Positions 13,401 through 25,079 of a DNA stretch of 64,000 bases are shown here, in pieces. The stretch is from Heterodontus francisci (Eukaryota), in NCBI RefSeq assembly GCF_036365525.1, contig NC_090414.1, positions 21,103,846 to 21,167,845 of the forward strand, in the 5' to 3' direction. The position numbers and the translations under genes are program-made. Under the pieces are notes generated by a model. The model made no database searches. It had not been told where the DNA came from and saw nothing but the letters and a program-made list of their open reading frames with translations. How positions within the stretch are numbered: position 1 is the first letter of the stretch; every line of letters starts with the position of its first letter.

Positions 13401-13689
13401 TACTCTCTTTGCCAGTTTTGTGACGTTGGTTGAGGGATAAATATTGGCCCCAGGACACCAGAGATAATTCCTTTTGCTTTTCTTCAAAATGGTACCAGGG
13501 GATCTTTTACAACCACCCAAGCAAATATTTGGGGCCTCAGTTTAATATCTTATCTGAAAGACAGCACCTCTGGCAGTGCAGCACTGTACTGAAGTGTTAG
13601 CCTTGATTTTTGTGCTTATGCCCAGGAGTGGGAATTGAACCGAGAACATTATAATCTACCAACTGAGCCACAGCTGACACTGAAGAAGC

Positions 13690-15110
13690 ATGACTTTAAT
13701 AAGGGACAGCCAGCTCAGATTTGTTGAAGACAAATTATGTCTGACTACCTGATTGAGCTTTTTGATGAAGTAACAGAGAGGGTCGATGAAGGTAGTGCAG
13801 TAGATGTCATATATATGGACTTTCAAAAGGCACTTGATAAAATATCACGTAACAGACTTATTTGGAAAATAGAAGCACACAGTTTTAAAGGCATGCTAAT
13901 AACTTGGGTATATTTTTTATTCTTTCACAGGATGTGAGCGTCACTGGCAAGGCCAGCATTTGTTGCCCCTCCTTAATTGTCCTGAATTGGCTCAGGGATG
14001 GGAAGCAAAGAGTAGTGGCGAACAGATGTCTTTTTGACTGGAAAGAAATTTGCAGTGGGGTCCGCCAGTACAATTTTGAAGTTTGCAAATGATACAAAAC
14101 TTGGCAACATAGTAAACAGAAGGACATAGACAGACTGGTGAAATGGGCAGATAAGTGGCAGATGCAGTTAAGTGTGTAGCGATGCACTTTGGGAGAAACA
14201 ACATGGAGAGTTAGTATAATCCAAATGATGTTATTTTGAAGGTGTGCAAGAGCAGAGGGAACTTGGACAAGTTGATAAGGAAGTTAAGAAAGCATATGGG
14301 CTACTTGGCTTTGTTAATAGGGGCATTGAGTACCAAAACAAGGAAGTCATGCTAAACATATAGGAACGGGAAGTGACCATTCAGCCCCTCAAGCCTGTTC
14401 TGTCATTCAGTGAGATTGTGGCTGATCTGTGACCTAACTCCATATACCCACCTTTGCCCCATAACCCTTCATATGCCTTTGTTTAATACAAATCTATCAA
14501 TCTCAGATTTAAAATTAACAATTGATCCAGCATCAATTGCCATTTGTGGAAGAGAGTTCCAAACTTCTCCCACCCTTTGTGTGGAGAAGTGTTTCCTCAT
14601 TTCACTCCTGAAAGGTCTGGCTCTAATTAATAGGCTCTTCCCTCTAGCCCTAAACTCCCCAACCAGCGAAAACAGTTTCTCTCTATCAGTCTTATATCTT
14701 CCCTTAATATCTTGAAAACTTTGATCAAATTTCCCCTTAACCTTCTAAGTTCCTGGCACTACAATCCTAGTTTGTGTAATCTCTCCTCGTAGTCATTCTG
14801 GTAAATCAACACTGCACTCCCTCCAAGGCCAATATATCCTTGCTAAGGTGTGGTGCCCAGAACTGCTCCCAGTCACTCCAGGTGTGGTCTAACAAGGGCT
14901 TTGTGTAGCTGAAGCCTGACTTCAACTCCCTTGTCTAGTCCTCGAGATATAAAAGCCAGCATTCCATTAGCCTTTGTAATTATCTTCTGTACCTGTTCAT
15001 GACATCTTAATGATCTGTGTATCTCGACACCACCCCCCCCCCCCCCCCGTCTCTTTGGATCTTCACTGTATCTTCTTTTCACCATTTAGAAAGTACCCTG
15101 TTCTGTCCTT
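13690..15110. mobile_element. CR1 LINE fragments in both orientations
   Basis: FDEVTERVDEGSAVDVIYMDFQKA (+); KANGMLAFISRG...LVRPHLE (-). Confidence 0.75.
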
Positions 15111-15260
15111 TTTAAGGCCGTGTGTGAAGCAACACTCAGAGACGACAGAAATCTTCCGCAGACACAGGATTGCAATGCACAATTTTATCCTTTAATAAAA
15201 TCATGATTTAAGATTATTGGGTGATTGATTACAGGATTTGAAATCTCGCTGATACGCTGA

Positions 15261-15360
15261 TCATTCAGTCAAGGTCCCCTGTGACGCTTCTTCAAGCTCC
15301 AAATCACCATTGGTGACTCCACATCCACTGCGGCTACGATGGAACATGTCACTCCCAGTC
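15261..15360 (-). CDS. Avidin-like protein, last coding exon
   Basis: tgtctctctgtttgatacag acceptor, phase 2; (G)TGSDMFHRSRSGCGVTNGDLELEEASQGTLTE*; TGSDMFHR matches avidin strand 8 VGINIFTR; ATTAAA at 15191-15196. Confidence 0.8.
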
Positions 15361-15501
15361 CTGTATCAAACAGAGAGACAAGAGTCCAGTAACCACGAAA
15401 TAGAAATAGGCAGATTTAGCTCGCACTATTTCATCAACTTGCAGTTGATGGGGACACTGTCCCCATCAAACACTCCCCAGGACAGGTACAGCACTGGGAT
15501 T

Positions 15502-18500
15502 GGCTGGGCAATTTGGAGCACTTCCTGCCAGCAATCAGGGGCAGCAACTGCAGAGTGGAGACTGCAGCAATTGGAGAGAGGAGAGTGGAATAACTGCAAA
15601 GAGGTGACTATAGAGTGGAGACAGCTGCATTTACTGTGGAACTGTTGCACTTTTTCAAGGATTAAGAAGACCTGCAAGTCATTTTGGAGAGGTGGGTGTT
15701 GGAGCACCAGAGAACTGTTGGTTGTTTGGACTGTTGGGGGAGGGAGGAGGCACCGGAAGATCCAGGGGTGGGGCTGCCAAATTCTATAGGGAGCCCTTGT
15801 ATTTGGTCTTGTGTTTATCTGCCATCCTGCACAAAAGGGGCTCCCTCCCCACCCCCAACTGTGTGGCTCGGGACAGCTGGAGCTGCCTGGCTGAAGACTA
15901 TATTTATACAACAACAGAAAAGGGAGAGAACCGGGCGGCTCGAGCCGACCCGGGCGAAGAGCACTCCCCTAACTGGAAGATTGAATTGTAGACTCTGCAG
16001 GAAGGTGCTCCAACCACCAATTGAAGTGTAACATCCTCGCAGCTGTTCTCTCTCTTCCATCACTCGGCCACCTATCCTCTCCTCTCCTTGTCCTTTTCAA
16101 CCCTATCCTCCTCTACTCCCATCCCCACCTCCCCCATCATATTGTTTGTGTTAAAGAAAACTGTCGTGTGCTTTGTTTTTTGGGGGTGGGCGTAGCTCTG
16201 CGACCCCATGGCAAGCCCCTCTTCGCCGGTGGCGGGGCCTTCCCGTTTATATGCTGCTGCGGCTGCTGCAGCTGCACCTGTTGCCCCGTCACCGTTTGCT
16301 TTATTAACATCGAAGCATGGAGTCAAGAGCTACGTCCACCCAAACATGACTATCGAGGCGTGCGTGAAAGCAATGGCCGAGGCTGTCGGCCCTTCAGCCA
16401 TTGTTGCAGCCTCTAAAATGTACGGGAAGGCAGTGTTATTCCTGAAGACCGAGCGGGCGGTGTCCCTGGCTCTGAGCAAGGGGCTCACCGTGGGCGGGAC
16501 CTTTCTGCCAGTGGACCCCCTGGAGGCCACTGCGCAAAGGCTCATTCTATCCAATGTCCCGCCCTTCATTCCTGGTGAGCTCCTCCTTCCCCACCTGCAC
16601 CATCTGGGGGAGGTAAAGACGGGGCTCACCCCAGTCCCGCTCGGTCTTCGGGAGAACAGCCTCCGACACGTGTACTCCTTCCGCCGCCAGTTATTCATGC
16701 AGCTGGCGCGGGAGGAGGTTACAGAGGGCCACTTTAATGTAGAATTCCAGGGGACGGCCTACCTCGTCTTCTGGACATTGGACGGGGTGCGGTGCCATGT
16801 CTGTAAGGGGGTGGGGCATGTTCGTAAGAACTGCCCCAACCTCCCGGCTGCCAACTCCAACTCGGTGGCCCAGGGTGGCGACACTGCACCTCCTCCCACC
16901 CCCACTACACCTCCACCAGATACCATTCAGTCGGTACTGGAGGCTGTGGTTTTCACGGCCTCCAGCAGGGAGGGGGGTGACCGTCCAAGTGGAAGGAAGG
17001 CGCAGAGGAGAAATAAACATCGAGAGGCGCGTCCCCTGGACACCGTGACACTACCCGAGCCTGAGCTCAGCCCAAGGCCCGATCTCGGGAAGTCAACTTG
17101 CCCCAGGGCTGGGCTCAGGCCCAGGGTGAATAAAAAAAAGGAGAGTGTGGAGGTGGAGGTCTCTGATGATATGGAGGTCTCTGAGCCTCCGCACACAACT
17201 GGGAAAAAGAGGAGAAGGCACCCCTCCACAGAGGTAATGAGGGACCCTGAGGCGCAGGGCCCATCTGTTGGAGGGGAGCTGTCTCCTGTTTCGGGTCCCC
17301 AGGTTTCCCCTACCGCCACCACCAAGGCTGCAAAGTCCGGGCAGGAGCACCCTATTCCTCAGGATGGAGGGGAGGGGAAGGCCCCGGTACTTGAGGCCCC
17401 TCCTGAAGGAGTAAGTGGGGCCCTGCTTGTGGTGGGGAGCCTGGGGACGCCGCCCATTCTGCCACTGCCACTGGGTTGGGTGCCCTGAGTAGAGGGGAGG
17501 GCGAGGCCTCAGAGGGTCGGCCCTCCCAGCCGGAGTCCACCACCAACCAGGAGACACCCGACCCGGTTATAGCTGAGAATGCTGCCCCATCTGCTGGGCC
17601 TGTGGGTGCTGGCGGAGCGGGAGATAGCCTCCTCCCTCCGCCTCCAATCTCGGCTCCGGCTGGTTTCCCGGAGTCGGGAACTTCTGTCTCCCCTGGACCA
17701 CTCATTGCCCTGGGGACGGAGGTGGAGGGGGGTCCTGAGCCGCTGGTGCCTACAGGCTCCAGTTTCACAATAGAACCCAGAGAGGACTCCTCCGCCATCG
17801 ATCCTGGGGGTGGGATCGTGACGGAGGCGGGACCAGCTGGCGCGGCCGGGACGTTCGCCCCACAGCGTGCGGTGGGAGTGTCGGCCGCTGGCGGTGACGA
17901 CCCGGAGGAGGATGGGGATTCAGTGGGGGGCACGGAGGATGATCTTGATTCCATCGCCAGTGAGATGGTGGAGTCCCTCATGCCTCCCACCGAATCTCCT
18001 CTCATCCCCACGGCGGAACTCCAGGATTTCCTCGCGGTTTGCAGGGGCTGCCGCAATAAAGTTCAGCTGGCCCTCGACCGTTGGTCGAATCTGGCGCTGA
18101 TCATCCAGTCCGTCCGTGCCGCCCTTAAGATAGCGGGCAAGCGCACGGGCGTGAAACTGGTTGAGAGGCGCCGTTTTAATGTGTTCCTCAATGGGTTGCT
18201 GGGGGAGTGGAAGGCCAGGTGCACGTCCACTCCCTCCTCACAGTGAGCTGTTGGTGACGGGTTTTAAGTACCTTTGACATGAAGATAACCATAGCCAGCC
18301 TCAACACCAACGGCAGCAGGGGGTCTCACCGCAGATTTCACAATCTCTCAGTCCTCAGGGAAGGGAGATACGCGGTGAGCTTTCTGCAGGAAACCCACAC
18401 CGTTCCGGGAGACGAAGCCACCTGGCTCCTGGAGTGGCAGGGTGGGGTCTACATGAGTCACCTCACCCCTATTTATAGTGGGGTGGCTATCTTGTTGGCC

Positions 18501-21500
18501 CCGACTTTTCAGCCGGAGATCTTGGGGGTCAAGGAGCTAGTGCCGGGCCGCTTGCTCCACCTCGCCGTTCGCCTGGGTAGCGTGCCACTCCACTTTGTGA
18601 ACGTGTACGCACCCAGACCTGGCGCGTTGCAAGCGCGCTTCTTTGAAGAAGTGTCCGCTCTCTTGAGCTCCATCGATAGCGGCGAGTGCATCATCCTCGG
18701 GGGGGATTTTAACTGCACCCTCGAGGTGGGGGATCGCTCCGGTCCCCAGCGCGGCCAAGCGTCGGTGGAGAAGTTGAGGGGACTGATCAGCTCCCTTAAC
18801 TTGGTGGACGTCTGGCGGAATCTCCATCCCGACTCCAGCGCCTTCACATGGAGGTCTGGAGGAGGAGGGTCGCGAATCGACCGCCTCTACATTTCGCATG
18901 CGTACGCCTCCCGCATCTCGGCGGCCTCCATGCGGCTGGTGCCGTGCTCGGACCACCGCTTGGTGTGGGCGGAGTTCACTCCGCTCCGCACGCGGGCGGG
19001 GTCCGCGTACTGGCACTTTAACAAACGGCTGCTGGAGGACGAGCGATTTCGGGACTCGTTCTGTCGATTCTGGGCCGACTGGAGAAGGGAGCAGGGGGGC
19101 TTCCCCTCCTTGAGGCTATGGTGGGATGTGGGCAAGACTCACATCCGCGTCTTCTGTCAGGAGTACGCGAAGGGGTCGACCAAGAGGCGAGAAGCCGAGA
19201 TCGGGCGCCTTGAGAGGGAGGTGCTCGACTTGGAGTCCCGCCTCGGTCATGCCGTCGCGGACCCGGCCCTGTGGCAGGCCTACAAAGAGAAAAGGGCGCG
19301 CTGAGAGACCTGCAGCTCTTAGGGTCCCGAGGCGCGTACGTGAGGTCGCGGATCCAGATCCTGGAAGATTTGGACCGTGCCTCACCCTTCTTCTACTCGC
19401 TGGAAAAATGGCGGGGGGTCCGTAAGCAGCTCGTCGAGCTGCTGGCCGACGACGGATCCTCCATCACGGATCCGGAGGGAATGGGCCTCCTGGTACGTAC
19501 TTATTACAGTGCGTTGTTCCCTCCGGATCCGTCCGGCGAGGATGCGCGCAGAGTTTTGTGGGAGGACCTGCCGCAGGTCAGCCCGGAGGGCGCCGAAGGA
19601 TTGGAGGCTCCGCTCACGTTGTTTGGAGCTGACTGGCGCCCTCCACCAGCTCTCGAGGGGCAAATCCCCGGGGCTGGATGGGTTGACCGTGGAGTTCCTC
19701 AGGGCGTTCTGGGACGTCCTGGGGGACGATTACGCGCGGGTCCTGGGGGAAAGCCTGGCGACCGGGGAGATGCCCCTCTCGTGGCGCAGGGCGGTTATCG
19801 TCCTGCTGCCGAAGAGGGGCGACCTCCGCCTGCTTAAAAACTGGCGTCCGGTCTCCCTCCTCAGCACGGATTATAAGATCTTTGCCGCCGCAGAGTGTCT
19901 AGTCAAAGTTAACGGGTCCTTGACGGCGCCCCTTCGATTTGGGAGAGGAGTGCGTCAGGGGTGCCCCATGTCCGGCCAATTGTATACCATCTGCGTGGAG
20001 CCCTTCCTGTGCCTGCTTCGCAGGAGGTTGACGGGATTGACTCTGCGCGAGCCGGCCATGCGGGTCGTCCTCTCGGCTTACGCCGACGACGTGCTCCTCG
20101 CAATCACAGATCCCGTTGACTTGCGGAGGATGCGCGACTGCCAGCAGACCTTTTCTGCCGCGTCCTCCGCGAGGATCAATTGAGAGAAATGTTCCGGACT
20201 CCTGGTTGGTCAGTGGCGGGTGGACTCCCTGCCGGAGGAGATGACACCTTTTGCGTGGAGCACCACGCACCTCCTCTATCTGGGAGTCCACCTTAGCCCC
20301 GCTGAGGAAGCCTGGCCGGCAAACTGGCAGGAGTTGGAGGCGAAAGTCACCGCTCGGCTGGGGCGCTGGACAGGACTGCTCCGAGTGCTTTCCTACAGGG
20401 GCCGAGCGCTGGTCATAAACCAACTGGTGGCCTCCATGCTGTGGTACCGGTTGGTCACTTTGGCCCCGCCCCCTGTATTTGCCACCAAGATCCAGAAGAA
20501 ACTCGTCGGTTTCTGCTGGGGCAAGAGGAAACACTGGGTCTCTGCCGCGGTCCTGAGTCTCCCGATCGAGGAGGGCGGTCAGTCGCTGGTGTGCGTCCGC
20601 ACCCAGGCTGCGACTCTCCGCCTTCGGACCCTGCAGAGATACCTGTACGTCGAGCGTCCTCCCAGATGGTGTGCGCTGGCGACGTATTTTTTCCGCCAGT
20701 GTCACTGCCTTCAAGACGACACGCAGCTCCCGGTGGAGTCCGTTAGCCGCGCCTCTCTGAGGGAGTTGCCTGTCTTTTACCGGGATCTTTTCCGAGTCTG
20801 GAACATGGTCGCCTCCAGTCAGGGCGCTCCCCCGCCGGCGGAGGAGAGCGCCTCGGCTGTCCGGGCGACCGACTCCGGGGACGGTCCGGCGGGTGGAGGA
20901 GTAGCCGAAACCCCCGGGACGCCCCTCACTGCGGGTGGCGAGGGGGCTCGGGAGTGCGGAGCGATCCCGGCCGAGCTGACCCCCGCTCGGCCGGAACTGC
21001 TCATCGGACCCAGGCCCCGAAACCCTCCTCGGGAGCCGGTCCCGCACAACCCGAGCCGCCTCTCGGAAATGCCCTCCGTGCCATTCCAATCGGCGCGGAG
21101 GGGTTTCCTGTACGGGTTGCTCCTGCACACTCTCCACTTCCTCGCCCTCGTCAGCCGGCCGGACACGCCCTGGCGGTCCGCGTTGCCATCTGACGGCGAG
21201 GGGAAACCCCGATGGAGGTCTCTCTACGCGGGAGTCTTCCCCCTTTACATCGGGGACCTGGGGTGGAGGGTGCTGCACAGAGCAGTCCCGTGCAATAGGC
21301 TTTTAAGTAGGTTCACGGACTCCCAGGCCTCCTGTACTTTCTGCAGCCTGGACGAGTCCGTGTTCCACGTTTACATGGAGTGTGCGAGGTTGCAGCCCCT
21401 CTTTGAGTATCTGAAGGGGCTGCTCCTCAAATTCTGGCTGCACTTCAGTCCCACGCTCCTGATCTTTGGGCACCCGGTGCGGAGGGGCTCGGGCCGGGAG

Positions 21501-21885
21501 GAGGATCTCCTCGTCGGTCTGCTCCTGGGCCTGGCCAAGGTGGCGATTCACAGGTCCAGGCTGCGGGCCGTCGGGGGTTCCGTCCTCCCCGATTGCCTGC
21601 CCCTCTTCCGCGGTTACGTTCGCGCCCGGGTGTCCCTGGAGAAGGAGCACGCGGTGTCCGCCGGTACGCTTGAGGCCTTCCGCGACTGGTGGGCACCGCA
21701 GGGACTGGAGTGCATTGTCGACACCGAGAATGGCATTTTAATTTGAGTTTTTGTTTATTTCTGTTTTTAATAAAGTTATTTTAAAAATATAGGTGTGTAT
21801 ATAAAGGGGGCCTGAGGAATAAAGGCCCCCTCGACATAAAATATATAAAAGGGGCCTGGGGTTTCAAGGCCACCTAAAAAAAAAA
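15502..21885 (+). mobile_element. Tx1-clade non-LTR retrotransposon, near full length, defective (copy 1), antisense in avidin intron 3
   Basis: ORF1 16208-18246 with CCHC knuckle CHVCKGVGHVRKNC (frameshift ~17440); ORF2 18279-21746 with APE endonuclease (FLQETH, GGDFN, SDH), RT (YADD) and C-terminal CTFC..H..C; frameshifts ~19290 and ~19620, deletion at ~19886, stop at 20181; poly(A) 21876-21885. Confidence 0.95.
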
Positions 21886-22125
21886 CGGGGGTTAGATACA
21901 GAGTAAAGCTCCCTCTACACTGTCCACATCAAACACTCCCAGGACAGGTACAGCACGGGGTTAAATAACGGTTCCTTGAGATGATGAGGCTCTGAAGCAT
22001 CACTTCCACCCCTTGGTATTCCCGCCTCCCTTGAGATAAAGACTAACATCCACTCACATTGCTTGTAAGTAAGTACCTGTGGGCAGGATTTACAATCCTA
22101 TCTACACAAGAGATGCTTTAATTAC

Positions 22126-22249
22126 CCGGTAGCTCCCCAGTTATCCTCTGGGTTCGACGCACTTCGCCGGTGTAACCACATGGTTTTCAAGACCTCTCTA
22201 TTTTTTATCTTAAAGTGCTGTCCGGTCCAAGCTGTGACACACCCTGGGT
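22126..22249 (-). CDS. Avidin-like protein, exon 3
   Basis: DPGCVTAWTGQHFKIKNREVLKTMWLHRRSASNPEDNWGATG, compare avidin STTVFTGQCF...EVLKTMWLLRS...DDWKATR; AG/GT, phase 1/2. Confidence 0.92.
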
Positions 22250-22455
22250 CTGTGGGCGAAGGAAATACAAAACAGTCATTAGGGTATGTGTCATTGTCGG
22301 TTTAAACAGAGAAAACCAAACACTAGGGTTTGTTTCTGGAGGGATAGAATCGAAAGCAGGGAGGTTATGTGAAACTTGGACAGAACCTTCGTTAGACCTA
22401 GTCATATACGTGGCTGCCCAGAGCATCATACAGCTCAATAAATACTATGGGTTAC

Positions 22456-22642
22456 CTGTGATCCACCTCACTATAAACCCAAACGTTGGTTGGCTGAGGT
22501 TCTGCTGATATCCAGTTACAACCCCTCTTGCACTGCGTCCAGTCTTCAACATGTAAGAGCCACTTATGAGCCCAGAGTCACGCACTACGATGTTCAGGCT
22601 TGACCCGAGTTCACTTATCCAACAGCCAGTCAGTGGCAGTGC
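22456..22642 (-). CDS. Avidin-like protein, exon 2
   Basis: ALPLTGCWISELGSSLNIVVRDSGLISGSY...GYQQNLSQPTFGFIVRWIT, compare avidin SLTGKWTNDLGS...GTY...QPTFGFTVNW; AG/GT, phase 0/1. Confidence 0.92.
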
Positions 22643-23446
22643 CTGCCGGGAAGGTAAGGCATTTATTAAACATCATTGACTCTACATCTATTTCATTGAT
22701 AGATAAAGAAACTTGCGTTTCTATAGCGCCTTTCAGGGCCTCAGGACATGCCAAAGTGCTTCACAGCCACAACGTACCTTTTACGAAGTGCCGTCACTGT
22801 TACAGGAAACGCGGTGACCAATTTGCGCGCAGCAAGATCCCGCAAACAGCAATGTGATAATGACCCAGGTCGTCTGTTAGTGATGTTGGTTGAGGGGTAA
22901 ATATTGGCCCCGGGACACCGGGGACACAGGTCTCGGGAGTGGGGCTTAAACCCATATCTGACTCAGAGGGAGGGGAGGTCTGCCCGGTGTCCTGGGTCAA
23001 TATTTATCCCTCAACCAACATGGCTAAACAAAAAAAGCAGATGATCTGGCCATTGCCACAGTGCTGTGTATGGGATCCTGCTGTGCGCAAAATTGGCTGC
23101 CAGGTTTGCTACATTGCAACAGTGAGCACACCTCAGAAGGTACTTCATTGCCTGTAAAGCGCTTTGGAATGTTTTGAGAATGTGAAAGGCACTACAGAAA
23201 TGCCCTTATACATCTCTACTGACGGAGTGCAGCACTGGCAGAGGTGCCCTCTCTCAACTGACTCTTCGCCACATACTTTACCTCAGGCTTGACCCCTCAT
23301 CATCCAGTGCTCCTGGATGGAAAATGCAGGGCTGTAATTGTCAGGGGCAGACCGAAGGAGACTGCAGTGAACAAGCAACAAACATAAACGTTCCTCCTTT
23401 TCCTTACCCCGGGTACCTTGCTTGAGGCTCTCTGTGTTGGGAAATC

Positions 23447-24252
23447 TCTAACCCAGGGGTCACTGGACAGTGATCAGGAGCAGGAACCCTGACTGATTCT
23501 CCCCCCTCTCTCTAACCCAGGGTCACTGGACAGTGATCAGGAGCAGGAACCCTGACTGATTCTCCCCCCTCTCTCTAACCCAGGGTCACTGGACAGTGAT
23601 CAGGAGCAGGAACCCTGACTGATTCTCCCCCCTCTCTCTAACCCAGGGGTCACTGGACAGTGATCAGGAGCAGGAACCCTGACTGATTCTCCTCTCTCTC
23701 TAACCCAGGGTCACTGGACAGTGATCAGGAGCAGGAACCCTGACTGATTCTCCTCTCTCTCTAACCCAGGGTCACTGGACAGTGATCAGGAGCAGGAACC
23801 CTGACTGATTCTCCCCCCTCTCTCTAACCCAGGGGTTACTGGACAGTGATCAGGAGCAGGAACCCTGACTGATTCTCCCCCCTCTCTCTAACCCAGGGGT
23901 CACTGGACAGTGATCAGGAGCAGGAACCCTGACTGATTCTCCCCCTCTCTAACCCAGGGGTCACTGGACAGTGATCAGGAGCAGGAACCCTGGCTGATTC
24001 TCCCCCCTCTCTCAAACCCAGGGGTCACTGGACAGTGATCAGGAGCAGGAACCCTGGCTGATTCTCCCCCTCTCTAACCCAGGGGTCACTGGACAGTGAT
24101 CAGGAGCAGGAACCCTGACTGATTCTCCCCCCCTCTCTCTAACCCAGGGGTCACTGGACAGTGATCAGGAGCAGGAACCCTGACTGATTCTCCTCTCTCT
24201 CTAACCCAGGGGTCACTGGACAGTGATCAGGAGCAGGAACCCTGACTGATTC
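23447..24252. repeat. ~62-bp tandem repeat, about 13 copies, avidin intron 1
   Basis: Unit CTCTAACCCAGGGGTCACTGGACAGTGATCAGGAGCAGGAACCCTGACTGATTCTCCCCCT(CT)n. Confidence 0.92.
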
Positions 24253-24389
24253 TACCCCCACCCACCCCACCTACCCTCTCTCCCCAACCCAGGCGATTAC
24301 TCTGACCGATTCTGACCGGCGTACCCCCCCCCCCCCCCCCCCCCAACTTTCCTGCAGGAACCCATTCTCCAGACGGTCTACTGACTTAC

Positions 24390-24461
24390 CATTTCTTCAC
24401 AGGAGGTGCTGAAGACACACAAGGAAAGCGTGAGCGCCAGGTACACAATCTTGCCCTGCAT
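24390..24461 (-). CDS. Avidin-like protein, exon 1 (signal peptide)
   Basis: gcagcagcATG context; MQGKIVYLALTLSLCVFSTSCEEM has a basic residue, hydrophobic core and small-residue cleavage region; gtaagt donor in phase 0 matches exon 2. Confidence 0.8.
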
Positions 24462-25079
24462 GCTGCTGCCCTCTCTCAGTCCGTCTGTTACCGAGGGGCG
24501 GCTGCAGCCAAACAGTCCCGACCCGTCGGCGAGGGTGGCTGTGAGGTCATGTTGTCTAACAGTTGAACAAGCGCAACACTTGAAAGAGGAGCAAGTAAAG
24601 TGACACAGGAATAACTGACGGGGGATCAGCCTATCTGAGCTGTAACTGAACCCATACAGTGCACATGCTGTGTGCAGAATAAGCTGTCAGTAAGGAAAAG
24701 GGTGGTGGGGTTGGGGGGGGGGGGGGGGAAGTCTCCTCTTGTAGCCCATTCCCAGGTATTCCCCTGTCTCATTCTGTCCCTCCATGACTATCACACCCCA
24801 GCATCTTTCACCCCCAGGTTACCGGATAATGAGACATTGAACCCAGGGCAAAATATCTCACAGCCGTCCAGCTGCAGCTAGGATTTTCATTTAGATAGCG
24901 CCTTTCCCATCCCGCAGCGCTTATATCGTCAGCGATTCTTTTTTTTTGTGTGTGTGTGCAGCCACTTCGCGCGCACAGCAAGATCCCACAAGCACAGCAA
25001 TGGGACCAAGCTTAACCGGCTTTTATTGATGCCGGTTGAGAGATGAATACCGGCCCCAGGACACCGGGGAGAACTTCTC

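Noticed and set aside
19899-21278. 459-aa antisense ORF in Tx1 copy 1
   Set aside because: GC-rich shadow of ORF2; broken in copy 2; no recognisable domain
21895-21903. GATACAGAG in the target repeat matches the U6 snRNA ACAGAG box region
   Set aside because: Only 9 nt match and the flanks do not resemble U6
21990-22076. Possible nearby last exon for the avidin gene
   Set aside because: Would need a ~49-nt intron and lacks the strand-8 motif; 15261-15360 fits much better
24720-24765. Possible kB sites upstream of the avidin gene (GGGAAGTCTCC, GGGGAATACC)
   Set aside because: Neither matches GGGRNNYYCC exactly and the first overlaps a G homopolymer
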